This document shows positions 40,273-52,668 of a stretch of DNA of 64,000 bases, piece by piece. The notes beneath the pieces are model-generated. The model saw only the letters and a list, made by a program, of their open reading frames with translations. It did not search any database and was not told where the DNA came from. The first letter of the stretch is position 1. Every line of letters begins with the position of its first letter. Made by a program: the position numbers and the translations under genes. This DNA is from Octopus sinensis (Eukaryota), in contig NC_043009.1 in NCBI RefSeq assembly GCF_006345805.1, positions 30,814,001-30,878,000 of the forward strand. Reading direction: 5' to 3'.

Positions 40273-42651
40273 TTAAGAGTCATTGTCACATCCTCACATA
40301 ACATATGGTGGCTAAATCAACTTACCAGACTCCATCCCATCCTTAACTATGAACAAAATATAATACATCAATTATTCAAACTTAGATTACTTAGTTTGGG
40401 AATGATAGAGAACATTCGGGACTCTTACAAGGAAATCCGGGAATGATGTGGTTGTGTTATTCTCAGAGAGTAGGGCTTGATTCAACAGTCTGCCACAGAC
40501 TGAACTGCGATAAAACTGCCCAAAGTGTTAACAAACAACTTTTCCCATTCATATTTATGTAATGTTGATTAACATGTGTTGTTTTTCTCTGCTGCACTTA
40601 TTTACAGCTACATAGACCAGATAAAACATCTACCTACCCGGTGGTTTTCTACTCTTCACTTCTTGTGATCCCTGACTAGCATCGTGTAAGAGGCATGATA
40701 ACTTTCAACGTTTATTTTTTAAGACAAAATTAAAACTGTATTTTCTTCCATGCTTAAAATTACATTATTTGTGGAGTCTTAAGTTTCATGCCTATCTGGA
40801 AATGACAAAGGAAGTTATACCTGAGTACTCCTGGAAATATGTTGTTTTTTCTTCTTCTTTTTATGAATGGTCCATGGTCAGTTAGTTAAAGTTCATCTCT
40901 ACCCACATTTACATTAGGTGGGGAAAGTGTCAGTTTAACTCCTGTTATAAGACACAAATCTCTCACAGAACAATTTTCCCAGAAATGAAATAGTACTTGA
41001 CACCATATACGTCGGTTTAATAATATTACTGTAAATATGAAGAGTCGATGGAACTCTGTCATTCCAGAATGGTTTCTGTGGCATAATATAAAATAGAAGC
41101 CTGGACGCTGGACGTGTACAAATGTTCATCCCCAGAAGTAAAGGATTATCAAATATCTTTACGATTTTGTCATATTGCCAGTATATAAGTTTTGCATCAG
41201 AGAACAAAGTAGTTATCACGTGACTTTGGGAGGGATTCTTATTAGGGAAGTTTTACGGACAATGAAAATTTTAAAGATAGAAAAAAAAGAGAGACAGAAA
41301 GACAATAAGAAAGGAAGAAAAAGCTGATATGTGTAATTTTGTCAGTTAATCATCGTTGATATTGTGTGTTTGCATTTGTTAGTTTTCCTACATTTTCAGC
41401 ATTTTTAGATTGTGTCTATTTTTTTGCAATTAAAAATGTGTGGACTATGTATGTTTTCTTGTAATGAGACTAAGAAGAGAAGAAATGCTATTATAGCGGT
41501 ATTAACAAAATATCAAATTAAGAATTATGAGAATTTTATTATATTAACTACAAGATTTAAAGAAAATTCTATTATGATGATATAAAGAATTTTAAGTTTA
41601 TATTTAAAATTAAATTAAAATATTCAGATATCAACGTTATTAAAATTTGATGTGGTTTGTGAATATTATACATGAACATCAGTGGGTTGGACATAGAAAT
41701 AATTCGATGTTTAAGGTAAAGCCAACGAAACAGTTTTTACATTGTGTCATGATAAACTCACAACATTGACACTAGTTGTACATTTGCTTAAATGCAGCCA
41801 TTATTTCAACCTCGTTCATTCTAACGTACCCCCATTAATATGGTAGTATATTAACATGAATAGAAGGTCGGTTGTATGTATCGTGTTAGGAGCTTTCCCC
41901 AGCACTAAACCGCAGCAAATTTAGCGTATAAACAAACGACATACATTATGCATGTGTGACCTGTAATGTTTACATTACTAGAGTACCTTTTAATTCCTAA
42001 GATATATATATATACATATATATATATTAATGATGGCTTAACTGGCTGAAACTTCGAAGTCACTCACAATAATCTTCTTTTTAATGAATTATATATATAA
42101 AAATGAGAGTGTAGTATTGAATTCAATGGGATATGGAAGTGAAAATGAAACCAAGTACAGTGAAGTTCATATTTTTCTACAAATATTGTCTATTTGGGTA
42201 GTATGTGTACAAGATATTTTGTAACGATGAGCCGTAATTCATTTCAAATCTTCATAAATAAGGATTTCTTCCTTTATGCCAATAACATTTCGTGTATTTC
42301 TGCTGTGCATGCATTAGTAGGTCTCCTAGTCCCAAACTAAACCCATATTTTCTTGATGATGTTACACATCTTAAGCAATGGTGATATATGTTTCAACATC
42401 CAAATATAAAGTGGTATGGAAGTGACTTTATCTTAGAAGTTGATAATGACCTTTCGAAGTTATATATTTTTAACCAACAAAAATAGGTTCCACTTAAAAA
42501 TGTTGTAACAATGCATTGGTTGGAGAACATATTGCATAGGACTTAATTCCCAGTTTGATCTTTTATTTAATTCAATTTTAGTCCAAAAAAGTACCCTTCA
42601 GCAAAATCTAGTAGAAGTTATTTCAAGTACCCTTCCTTGGAGTGTATGAGA

Positions 42652-42965
42652 TCATCATCATTTAGCGTCAGCTTTCCACGCTAGCATGGGTTGAGCGGTT
42701 CAACTGGGGTCTGGGAAGCCAGAAGGCTGCACCAGGCCCAGTCTGATCTGGCAATGTTTCTACAGCTGGACGCCCTTTCTAACGCCAACCACCCCGTGAG
42801 TGTAGTGGGTGCTTTTTACGTGCCACCGGCACAGATGCCAGACGAAGCTGGCAAACGGCCACGGTCGAATGGTGCTTTTTACGTGCCACCGGCACGGGGG
42901 CCAGGCGAGGCTGGCAACGGCCACGATCGGATGGTGCTTTTTACGTGCCACTGGCACGGAGGCCC
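42652..42965 (-). mobile_element. family E element with tandem hairpin-bearing units
   Basis: Homologous to 3843-4153; three units beginning GTGCTTTTTACGTGCCAC(C/T)GGCAC at about 62-bp spacing. Confidence 0.85.
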
Positions 42966-43068
42966 GTCGGGGCGACGCTGATTATTTATTTATTTTATTT
43001 ATACTTCGAAAAAGACATTAACATAATGGAAGCTTTAGTTTAATGTGGTCGTTGAGAGAGAACCCAAA

Positions 43069-43157
43069 AGAATGAAGGAACTCATGGAATGGTTATGCGA
43101 CACTTTTCAAGTATCAGTGCCACCAGAAATAATTGAACCCAGACACACAGGTGAAAG
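43069..43157 (+). repeat. inverted duplicate of the Gypsy pol 3' end
   Basis: Near-identical to the reverse complement of 44661-44749 (AATGAAGGAACTCATGGAATGGTTAT...CCCAGACACACAG). Confidence 0.9.
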
Positions 43158-44206
43158 TACCTTTGTATGCTTATAGTTTATACTGTTCACAAAATTCCAA
43201 CAACAATATGTTATGAATCGAAATTCAAGATAAGAACAGATATTACACTTTAATCTTAGCCAAAAGACTGAGAATCGAAATTGAAGGTATTTGATGAAGA
43301 TGAGGATGGAATATTACCTGCTCATATAGTTGTGTTTTCGTTCTTTTGCTGTTATTTCTGCTCATTATCACTTTCCCAGTAAATTTACTTGTGATTTTAC
43401 TTCTGTTATTTATGCAGAGAGTTTGTTAAAATTTTAAAGATCTTTTGTGGGTGGATGGCAGTTTTGTGTGAGAGAAGTTTAGTCTGGGGTTGTGCGGTGT
43501 TTATACAAAATGTGACAGTTAAAAGCCTAGAAAGTATAAACGTTTCTGTCCATAAATGATATTTTATCAAGTCTTGATAAAAGTTTGATAAAACTTTAAT
43601 AAATGTATTTCGCTGTCATAAAGCAAAGGCAGAGCAGTTTTGCTGGTTTTTCTTTTCATAGAATTTAAACAATTTTTTTATTAGAAAAGTGTGAGGGGCG
43701 ATAAAGATACGAAAAGAAAATGAAAAGAAAAGAAAGAATGAAACAGAAAGAAAGAAAGAAAGAAAGAAGAGTCTATAACTCTTATCAATGAATCATTGTT
43801 AGTGAATTTCTTGCCAACGGTTTGTTTGTTCAATTTCTAACATTTAAACATTTGCAAAGTTTTTCTCTCATTTTATATTTTTATATTTTTCCGATTCAAA
43901 AAAAAAAAAGTGCTTTTATTTCACGGAGACTTAAAAAGAGAATTAAAGAATAGGAAAAGTTGAAATAATGGTATTAATAAAATATTAAATTAAGAGTTAT
44001 ATTAAGAATTATATTACATAACCAACAAGATTGAAAAGATAACAAAAGTTATTGTAATGGTATTAAGAATTTGAAATATTGTATTAAGAATAATTTTATT
44101 TCATAATTTTATTCATGGAATTAACATTCATATATTCATATATTAGAATAATCATACAATATTAACCATTTTCATAACCTTTCCTTCTTGAAGAGAAAGC
44201 AAAAGG

Positions 44207-44597
44207 TGTATACGCACAGTATCTATACTGCTAAGTATTATACAGTCTACGCTGTATAATTAAACATTGCTAACCAGCAACATGTCCTTGCAATAGAAAT
44301 GGTCGATACTTTTGTAAGTACATGTGTGTATGAGTTGTAACATCTGTCGAACTGTTATAATGCCCACCCCGGTATAGCAGTAGTTAGACAAGTAAGACGC
44401 ATCTATCTAATATCCGTCAACCCGACTAACATTCTCAACTTCCTACCTTACAGTATTTATAATGACTATCACATACAACTCCTCACGTGGGAGGGGTGCC
44501 CTGTTATTACTGTTCTCCCTATAACATATCCCGCTATTAAGTTTTCCTTTTTTTTCTTAGAGAGTGTAATTTTATTTCTCTTATTAGTAATTACTAA
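44207..44597 (-). mobile_element. possible 3' LTR remnant of the Gypsy element
   Basis: Follows a polypurine tract AAAAAGGGAGG (44598-44608, minus strand) just downstream of pol; TATAAATA inside; no second LTR seen, so the boundary is uncertain. Confidence 0.3.
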
Positions 44598-44639
44598 CCT
44601 CCCTTTTTGATATGTTTTCATTTGGCACCCACTTCCAGG

Positions 44640-46280
44640 AACACCAAACATTTTCTTTTTCTTTCATCTGTGTGTCTGGGTTCAATTATTTCTGGTGGCA
44701 CTGATACTTGAAAAGTGTTGTATAACCATTCCATGAGTTCCTTCATTCTCTTTTTTAGTTGGTTCATGTGTCTCTCATATACCTCTTTCTTTCCTTTTCC
44801 CAAGTATAGCATTTTTCCTATGCATTTGGTAATCACTCCATCTTCCCAACTTTGTTTTCCGTTCTTATATACCCTAACAAATACATTTTCATCTATTTTA
44901 AAAGTATCTAGTATTATCCATTGCAATTTTTTCTTTTCTCATTAGGTAGTAATTTGTTGAAGACTGATTTTATTTTCCTCACAAACAACAGCTCCGCTGG
45001 TGACATACCTGCTGGTGCGTTTAGATATGTTGTCACACGATATCTTCTTAAGAATTGTTGTACACCTACCTCATCCATGAATTCCTAATTCATCTTTTTA
45101 GGGCTCTCTTTAATGTATCAACAAAGTGCTCTGCTTGTCAATTAGATTTGGGCTGCTATGTTATATGTTCTACAGTGAACGTTTTACAAAACTTTTTGAA
45201 CACAAAAGACACACACTGTGTTCCATTATCAGACACTATTGCGTCTGGGATGCCAAATCTCACAAACAGCTCATGTGGAAAGTTTGTTGCAGCTGAGGAG
45301 ATTAGTTGTTTTACACTTACAAATTTCTGGCCATTTCTGGCCACAAAGTAGTATGAACCGTTTAAGGGACCAGCGAAATCGATGTGTAGCCTTGACCACA
45401 GAACATCTACTTTTGGTCAAAGTTAACATTTTTTCATTGATAACTTTGCTGTTAGAGCACATCCTCTACAGTCTTTCACTAGATTTCTGATTTTCCTATC
45501 CACTTTTGGCCAGTCCACATAGTTATGCATCAAAGCTTTCATCCTCAAAATACCAGGATGTTCAACATAGAATTCCTTCAAGATTTTCTTTTGCAATGTT
45601 TCAGGTATAACTGTGTGCATACATCCGTACGCCATCACAAATTGAGTATAGGTTCACATCTTGATTTCATTTCACACCAATCCTGTTCCTATTTCCTTTT
45701 CCTGTCCACTTATTCTTTTATATTCTGTTATAAATTTGTCCTTTTCCGCGTTTTGTTTTGTCTTCTAGGGTCACCCGTAATTCATGTACCACATTCCACA
45801 TTACATTTTTTATTTCTCCTTCCGATCTTAAAGCTGCGATTACTGTATCTTCGAATGTGTCACAGTGTTTCGGTATCAGTCTGGACAAACCATCTCCATG
45901 CTTTACTTTTTTGCGGTAAACATTCTATTTTGTAATCATAATTCAATAATGTAGTGCCCCATCACTGTAAGCTATTCGCTGTGTGTGTTGGTATCCCTTT
46001 TTTAGAACCGTATGTTGACAGTAGTGGGCGATGATTCGTTTGTAGACAGAAACTTCTACCATGAATAAATCTATGGCATTTTTCACACCGAATATGATTG
46101 CGAACGCTTCCTTTTCTCTTTGGTTATAGTTTCTTTCAGCTTGTAATACCGATCATGACACATGAGCTATAGCTTTTTACTCCCATCGTCGTGTTTGTGC
46201 AAATGCATGAATCTTACATCGTAATCACTCGTATCTGTAGCCAATATAATATCCAACTTCAGCTCAGAATGCCTTAACAA
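44640..46280 (-). mobile_element. Ty3/Gypsy LTR retrotransposon pol remnant (RNase H + integrase), many stops and frameshifts
   Basis: RNase H: IILATDTSDYD..AERNYNQREKEAFAIIFGVK..LQTNHRPLLSTYGSKKGIPTHTAN. Integrase Zn finger: HPGILRMKALM..WPKVDRKIRNLVKDCRGC. Core: FVRFGIPDAIVSDNGTQ. Confidence 0.92.
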
Positions 46281-46464
46281 TAAATTCGATGTCAAAATGA
46301 GTCTATTATGTACGTCAACATATATAGTCATACATACGTGTGTGTGTGTGTGTGTATATACATGAGAAGATCATTTATTTTCCAATGCAGAGACGCCATT
46401 AGAACAAGAGAAACATTAGGTAAATTACCCTAACAAAGTGGAAAAATTTGTCAATAAACAGCGA

Positions 46465-46618
46465 TAGTACTGGAACCCACATCTCTTAAAGGTTCTGGTC
46501 AAGTGCTTTACCATTTAACTGTACTGCGCCTAAAATGCAGATAATTTGTCGGTGAGCAGTTTAGCTTAATGGTAAAGTATTTCGCCAGCATCTTCAAGAG
46601 ATGTGGGTCTGAATCCCA
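46465..46618. repeat. two diverged tRNA-like heads in divergent inverted orientation
   Basis: Plus GCAGTTTAGCTTAATGGTAAAGTAT..AAGAGATGTGGGTCTGAATCCC versus minus GCAGTACAGTTAAATGGTAAAGCAC..AAGAGATGTGGGTTCCAGTAC. Confidence 0.55.
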
Positions 46619-46814
46619 TGAATGTTTGTTGAAAACATTTCTGCTTTGTAACAGTAATCTACCTAATGTTTCTGCCCTTCTAATGGAGTCTTTGCATTCG
46701 AAGATAAATTTTCATCTTGTTTGTATCTTACAATACATAGTTCGGTGCTTATGAAAATCAAATGCTTGCTTATATTTATATACATGTGGATATATATGTG
46801 TGTGTGTGTGTATG

Positions 46815-46902
<88 letters not shown>

Positions 46903-46905
<3 letters not shown>

Positions 46906-47066
46906 AGGCGCAATGGCCTAGTGGTTAGGGCAGCGGACTTTCTTCTGTTGGCCTGCTCGCTTAGCCAGCGGGGTGGCGTCATTTGAAGGCTAAAACAATG
47001 CGAAGCACATTGTGACCAGCGATGTGTAACAACATCTGATGGCCTGGTCGGTCACGGTGATCACGG
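46903..47066 (+). mobile_element. SINE family C head joined to a different 3' segment
   Basis: ATGGAGGCGCAATGGCCTAGTGGTTAGGGCAGCGGACT matches 808-845 (apart from one or two substitutions), then diverges. Confidence 0.75.
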
Positions 47067-47432
47067 TGATATATATATATATATATATCTATATATATAT
47101 ATATATCCATACACATGGAATTACCCATTTGCCGACAAAGACAAAGGTACCAACTTCGAAATTTATTGTAGACTTGGGTGGAAGTGATGCCAGAGCAACA
47201 CAGCTGGAATCTCCTTGCTCAACACTTTTCCAACAGAGTTTCGTTCTGGAAATTTCTGTCTCAAAAATTAACTGACCATGATGTTTACATCCCTCTACTT
47301 GCAGATAAATTATATGTCTCCAGCCATTTCGGTCTGAAACGTCAACTATAAAGCTAGCGTTTTATATGCGAAATCAATAGGTACTCTCTGATCAGCGACA
47401 TTACATAGTCTTTGAAATAGATAGATAGATAT

Positions 47433-47830
47433 AGGCGCAGGAGTGGCTGTGTGGTAAGTAGCTTGTCTACCAACCACATGGTTCCGGGTTCAGTCGCACT
47501 GCGTGGCACCTTGGGCAAGTGTTTTCTACTATAGCCTCGGGCCGACCAAAGCATTGTGAGTGGATTTGGTAGACGGAAGCTGAAAGAAGCCCGTTGTATA
47601 TATGTATATATATATATGTGCGTGTTTGTGTGTCTGTGTTTGTCCCCTAGCATTGCTCGACAACCGATGCTGGTGTGTTTATATCCCCGTTACTTAGCGG
47701 TTCGGCAAAAGAGCCCGATAGAATAAGTACTGGGCTTACAAAAGAATAAGTTCTGGGGGCGAGTTGCTCGATTAAAGGCGGTGCTCCAGCATGGCCGCAG
47801 TCTAATGACTGAAACAAGTAAAAGAATAGA
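47433..47830 (+). mobile_element. SINE family A, well-preserved full-length copy
   Basis: AGGCGCAGGAGTGGCTGTGTGGTAAG...GCGGTGCTCCAGCATGGCCGCAGTCTAATGACTGAAACAAGTAAAAG. Confidence 0.92.
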
Positions 47831-47893
47831 AGAGTAAAAGAGATATAGGTATATATACCTATATATAACATATACACATATTATTGTGTATAT

Positions 47894-48425
47894 GTTTTGT
47901 CCTAGCATATGTGCTGCTTCTTTTAGTTTCCATATTTTCCAGTAGTGTTCCCTGTCTATTATTTTAACTTCATCCCACAGGAGGAGGTGGTCTCCATTTT
48001 TCCATACATGATCAGCTATACCCGATTTATCATGCATGACAAATGGAGACCACCTCCCCCTGTGGAATGAAGTTAAAAAAATAATAATAGACAGAGAACA
48101 CCACTGGAAAATATGAAAACTAAATGAAGCACAACATATGTTAGGACAAAACAAGCTCCTAAGCAGACCAAGTGCAGCATATGGGAATCGGTATTGAGGA
48201 AAGATAGGAAGATATGAGATTTATAAACCCTAAAATTCACTCTATAATTGCCCACACTTAGGAATGAGAACCCAGGTTCAAAATTTCCCCAAGACGCCTA
48301 ATGAAGCCTGGAGGGTATATCAGCCCAAAAATTGTGTTAACAACAAACAAAATGAGGACAAATATCCGTCAATTGTAAATAATTTAAATAACGTACATAA
48401 TTCCACATCTCTTAAATATAGAACT
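47894..48425. mobile_element. Penelope-like element 3' end (GIY-YIG C-terminus + terminal repeat) with inverted duplication
   Basis: Minus 47894-48040: HDKSGIADHVWK.GDHLLLWDEVKIIDREHYWKIWKLKEAAHMLG. Plus 48041-48217 repeats this and continues LLSRPS..IWESVLRKDRKI*, then a tail with a degenerate hammerhead at 48293-48338. Confidence 0.85.
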
Positions 48426-48553
48426 ATATAAACATAGATCTCATATATGTATATGTTAATATATGTATATATAAATATATATAAAACATATATAGATATG
48501 TGTGCATATATATTATGTATATAAATATATGTGTGTGTATATATATATGTATG

Positions 48554-48621
<68 letters not shown>

Positions 48622-49015
48622 GTGTGTGTGTGCATATATATATAAATATATATCGAGGGCATCCTATAATGTAAAACATATATGCTCACCTTTGTGAGTA
48701 TATGTTTCAGACTATAGGATATTCTATGTGACAAATTATAAGGTTTGAAATACTTTAATGCATGTAAGTATTTGTGTTTGTGGTGGTGGAGTTGTGTGTG
48801 TGATTTTATGCATGTCTACCTGTCTATATAATCATTTTGTATTTTTGAAATCCTGCTTTATTTCTGGTCTAGAGATCAGTTTGAAAAGCGAAGTCTAGAT
48901 CGTATTGTGCATTGTTAAGAAGGGCAAAGCAAGATCGGAAGCTTATATTGTCAACCAAGACTACATCGATGTCAAAATGTGTCTATTGTATACGTTAACA
49001 TATATATTTATACAT

Positions 49016-49061
<46 letters not shown>

Positions 49062-49451
49062 ATACATGATATGTAATTGCAATAGGTCCGATATCAATTC
49101 ATATTAGGATCAAGTTTTCAGCGACTGTTTAATCTACGTTCAAGACACAACTCTTCTACCAATAATATATAAATGGTAGTTTGCTTGTATAAATTTTCGA
49201 AACATATAATGATAATTTTTATATAATATGTAGACCGGTGTCTGAATTCCCATGGATACAAAATTGATGAAAATTCCAAAGAGTGTTGATTCTTCATTAG
49301 TAGATTGACAGATGTGCCAAAGACAAAAAGAAAAGTAATAATAATAAAAAGATTAGATGATTAAAAAAATAGGGAAAATATTATAAAAAAAACAATTAGA
49401 AAAATTCTCAATTACTTAGGTCAATAATCAATTACTGTGTGGACATATATA

Positions 49452-49581
<130 letters not shown>

Positions 49582-49610
49582 ATATGAATGAGCATGTACA
49601 TATGTATGCA

Positions 49611-49666
<56 letters not shown>

Positions 49667-49870
49667 TATGTGGGTATGTATCATGCATATATGCATTTAT
49701 ATATGTCTCTACATATTTGCCAGTGCATTTCTCTGTCTCTCTCTTTCCCCCACTGACATTCACTCTTTAAATCTTTGTCTGCACATACAGAATATTATAA
49801 GAACACTATAGATATATATAAAATATAAAGATGTGTATAAATAGAGCTCTATCGATCAATCTATCTACCC

Positions 49871-49917
<47 letters not shown>

Positions 49918-51094
49918 ATATAATATATATACATATATATATATATATACATACATATATATATATATATATTATATATATATATATACATACATATATA
50001 TATATATACATATATATATATATTTACATATATATTTATATACATACACACTCATATATGTATGTATATGTTTAAATTCATATATACAAACAAAAAATAT
50101 ATATGCAAGTATGAATGAATATACATACATAACATCTACAAACCTATATTACACGTTTAAAACACTGAGTGTACAAAGAGGAAAATTTGATAATTAAAAG
50201 ATCTAATAGATCAAAGTCTACGTCCGCTTTCATGTAACAAACTTTTTCCTTGGTGTAATATTGAAAAGTTAAATATGCATTGAGTTTTACTGATGAAGGA
50301 AAAAATATTTTAATGAAACTCTAATTCAATTACAGGTTCAATTATATCTACATACAGCACAAAAAAATGGTGTAGAGAAATATATGTCTGCGTTTAGAGT
50401 TCCACGCATACACAAACACACATATATATGCATCTTTATTTTTTTAGTGCGTACCTCTATAATTAGACACCTACTCCTATATATATATATATATATATAT
50501 ACATACATCCTTATATCTATCTATCTATTTATCTATATATATATATATACACATTTATACATAGTAATGTATTTGCGTCTGTGCATACATATATGTATAT
50601 ACATATAGGTATGTATATTGTACACAGAAACACACACACACTGTTAGTTATAAGTCTCTATACGTTCATATATGGAGACATATACATAAATACAGGTTTG
50701 AAGGAATAGAGGTATAATTACATATTCACGTCAATGTTTAATTAACAAAAAAATCCTATGCTGAGTATACCTACTTAGAAAAATAGTGAGAGTAATTCCG
50801 CGAATTTGTTTCTTGTTGTTTTTATTTAGTTTATACTTTACTCGTAATATTCGTGTGTTTTATGTAAAACGCAGCCTAAGCTTGAATAAAAAGAAAAGCA
50901 TGTCGAAATTATTATATAGGTTAACAAATGGAAAGAAAATATCTCATTAGTTAAAAGGAGTCTCAATGTGAAATGTGTGTTTGAAGCGAGAGGATGTGTG
51001 TCATTGTGAATGATAGGTAGACACAGTGTAGATAGAGAGGAAGGCAGAAACTGCTTCTCTCTATCTGCATATATATTTATATATATATATACAC

Positions 51095-51142
<48 letters not shown>

Positions 51143-51297
51143 ATATATATATATATATATTATAACATACATACATAATATATATATTATATTATATATA
51201 TATATATATAATATATATATATATACATACTTATATGTATATATACATATATAATATATATACATACATATATATATATATTTATATATAATAATTA

Positions 51298-51410
51298 TTT
51301 GAGGGATATAAATCCAAACTTACAGGGAAAAAAATTCAATTTATAAATACTAAATCAAATTTCACACAATATTTATATATTATATTTAAAAATTAGAAAA
51401 AACCACCTTT
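51298..51410 (-). repeat. diverged relative of the 63420-63620 repeat family
   Basis: ATAAATCCAAACTTACAGGGAAAAA...AAATTAGAAAAAACCAC resembles the reverse complement of 63510-63610. Confidence 0.5.
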
Positions 51411-52182
51411 CATCTATTCAAAATGAACGATTAAATTACACCATCTAGAAAATTACATATAATAGAAATATTAAAATTAAAATAATAAAATATCAATGAT
51501 TAAGTAAATCGCAAAAAAATAATAAAAACGTATATACTTCTATTTATATTTATATATGTATGCATATGTATATATGTAAGTTGTCTAAGATTCCATAAGT
51601 CAATAGAGTGAGTAGATTATCTGGAGTGTACAATATTATATATCCCTTACAATTCGGTTTCACGCTAGGGATTCAACGGTGTGTTAGATAACAATCCAAT
51701 CATGTAACTCTACGCCCATCAGATGGAATGAAATGTGTTTAGATATCATATATATACATGTATGTGTGTGTGTATGTATATATATATATATACACACATT
51801 TAGATACATACACACACACATACATATATATGTATATACATATATGGGTACAGCACGTTACCAAAAGTAAACAAAATGGTGTATGCAAACGAACGAGTTA
51901 AATACGCAAACAACGAGTGAGAAAAAATGGAAAATGGGACAAGTAACAGAAAGAACGACTCTTCATCAGTTGTCGGCTGTCTATCTACTCCTCATTTTGA
52001 GCATTCAATGACAATATGAGTCTTAGAAGACAGCTGGTCCCATAAATGCCAAAATAAAATTTTGGTGTTTATGGAGGGTCAATGTTTTGTTACATAGTTG
52101 AATTGTTACCAAACAAACCATTGAATTCCTAGTGCAAAACCAATTGGTAATGGAAAGAAAGAAAGAAAGAAAGAAAGAAAGA

Positions 52183-52256
<74 letters not shown>

Positions 52257-52454
52257 GGATAGATAGATAGATGCAAATGTATATTCTTAGGAGGCTGTTG
52301 ACTTGATTTATTGCGTTGTCAATTAGAGTTTTGTGGTACATGTGAAATATCAACTAACAGAAATTCGTTTGAATGTTCACTGGTAGTGAAGACTTTGTTT
52401 CAGAGTGAAATATGAGTATATTTATGCTTGTGTGCGCATATATATATATATATA

Positions 52455-52622
52455 TATATGACGGGCTTCTTACTGTTTCCGTCTATCAAATCCACTCACA
52501 AGGCTTTGGTCTGCTCAAGGCTATAATAGAAGACACTCGCCAAAGGTGACATGCAGTGGAACTGAACTCCAAACCATGTGGTTGGAAGCAAGCTTCTTAT
52601 CATACAGCTATGCCTGCGCCTA
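52455..52622 (-). mobile_element. SINE family A head half
   Basis: GACGGGCTTCTTACTGTTTCCGTCTATCAAATCCACTCACAAGGCTTTGG...CCTGCGCCTATA. Confidence 0.85.
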
Positions 52623-52630
52623 TATATATA

Positions 52631-52668
<38 letters not shown>

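Noticed and set aside
42800-42965. Repeat-spacer appearance suggestive of a CRISPR-like array
   Set aside because: The units, including the apparent spacers, are homologous to each other and lie inside a eukaryotic retroelement; there are no cas genes.
51940-52045. CTGATGAAGAG on the minus strand within a probable dispersed repeat
   Set aside because: No GAAA box or stems in the correct order; too degenerate to call a ribozyme.
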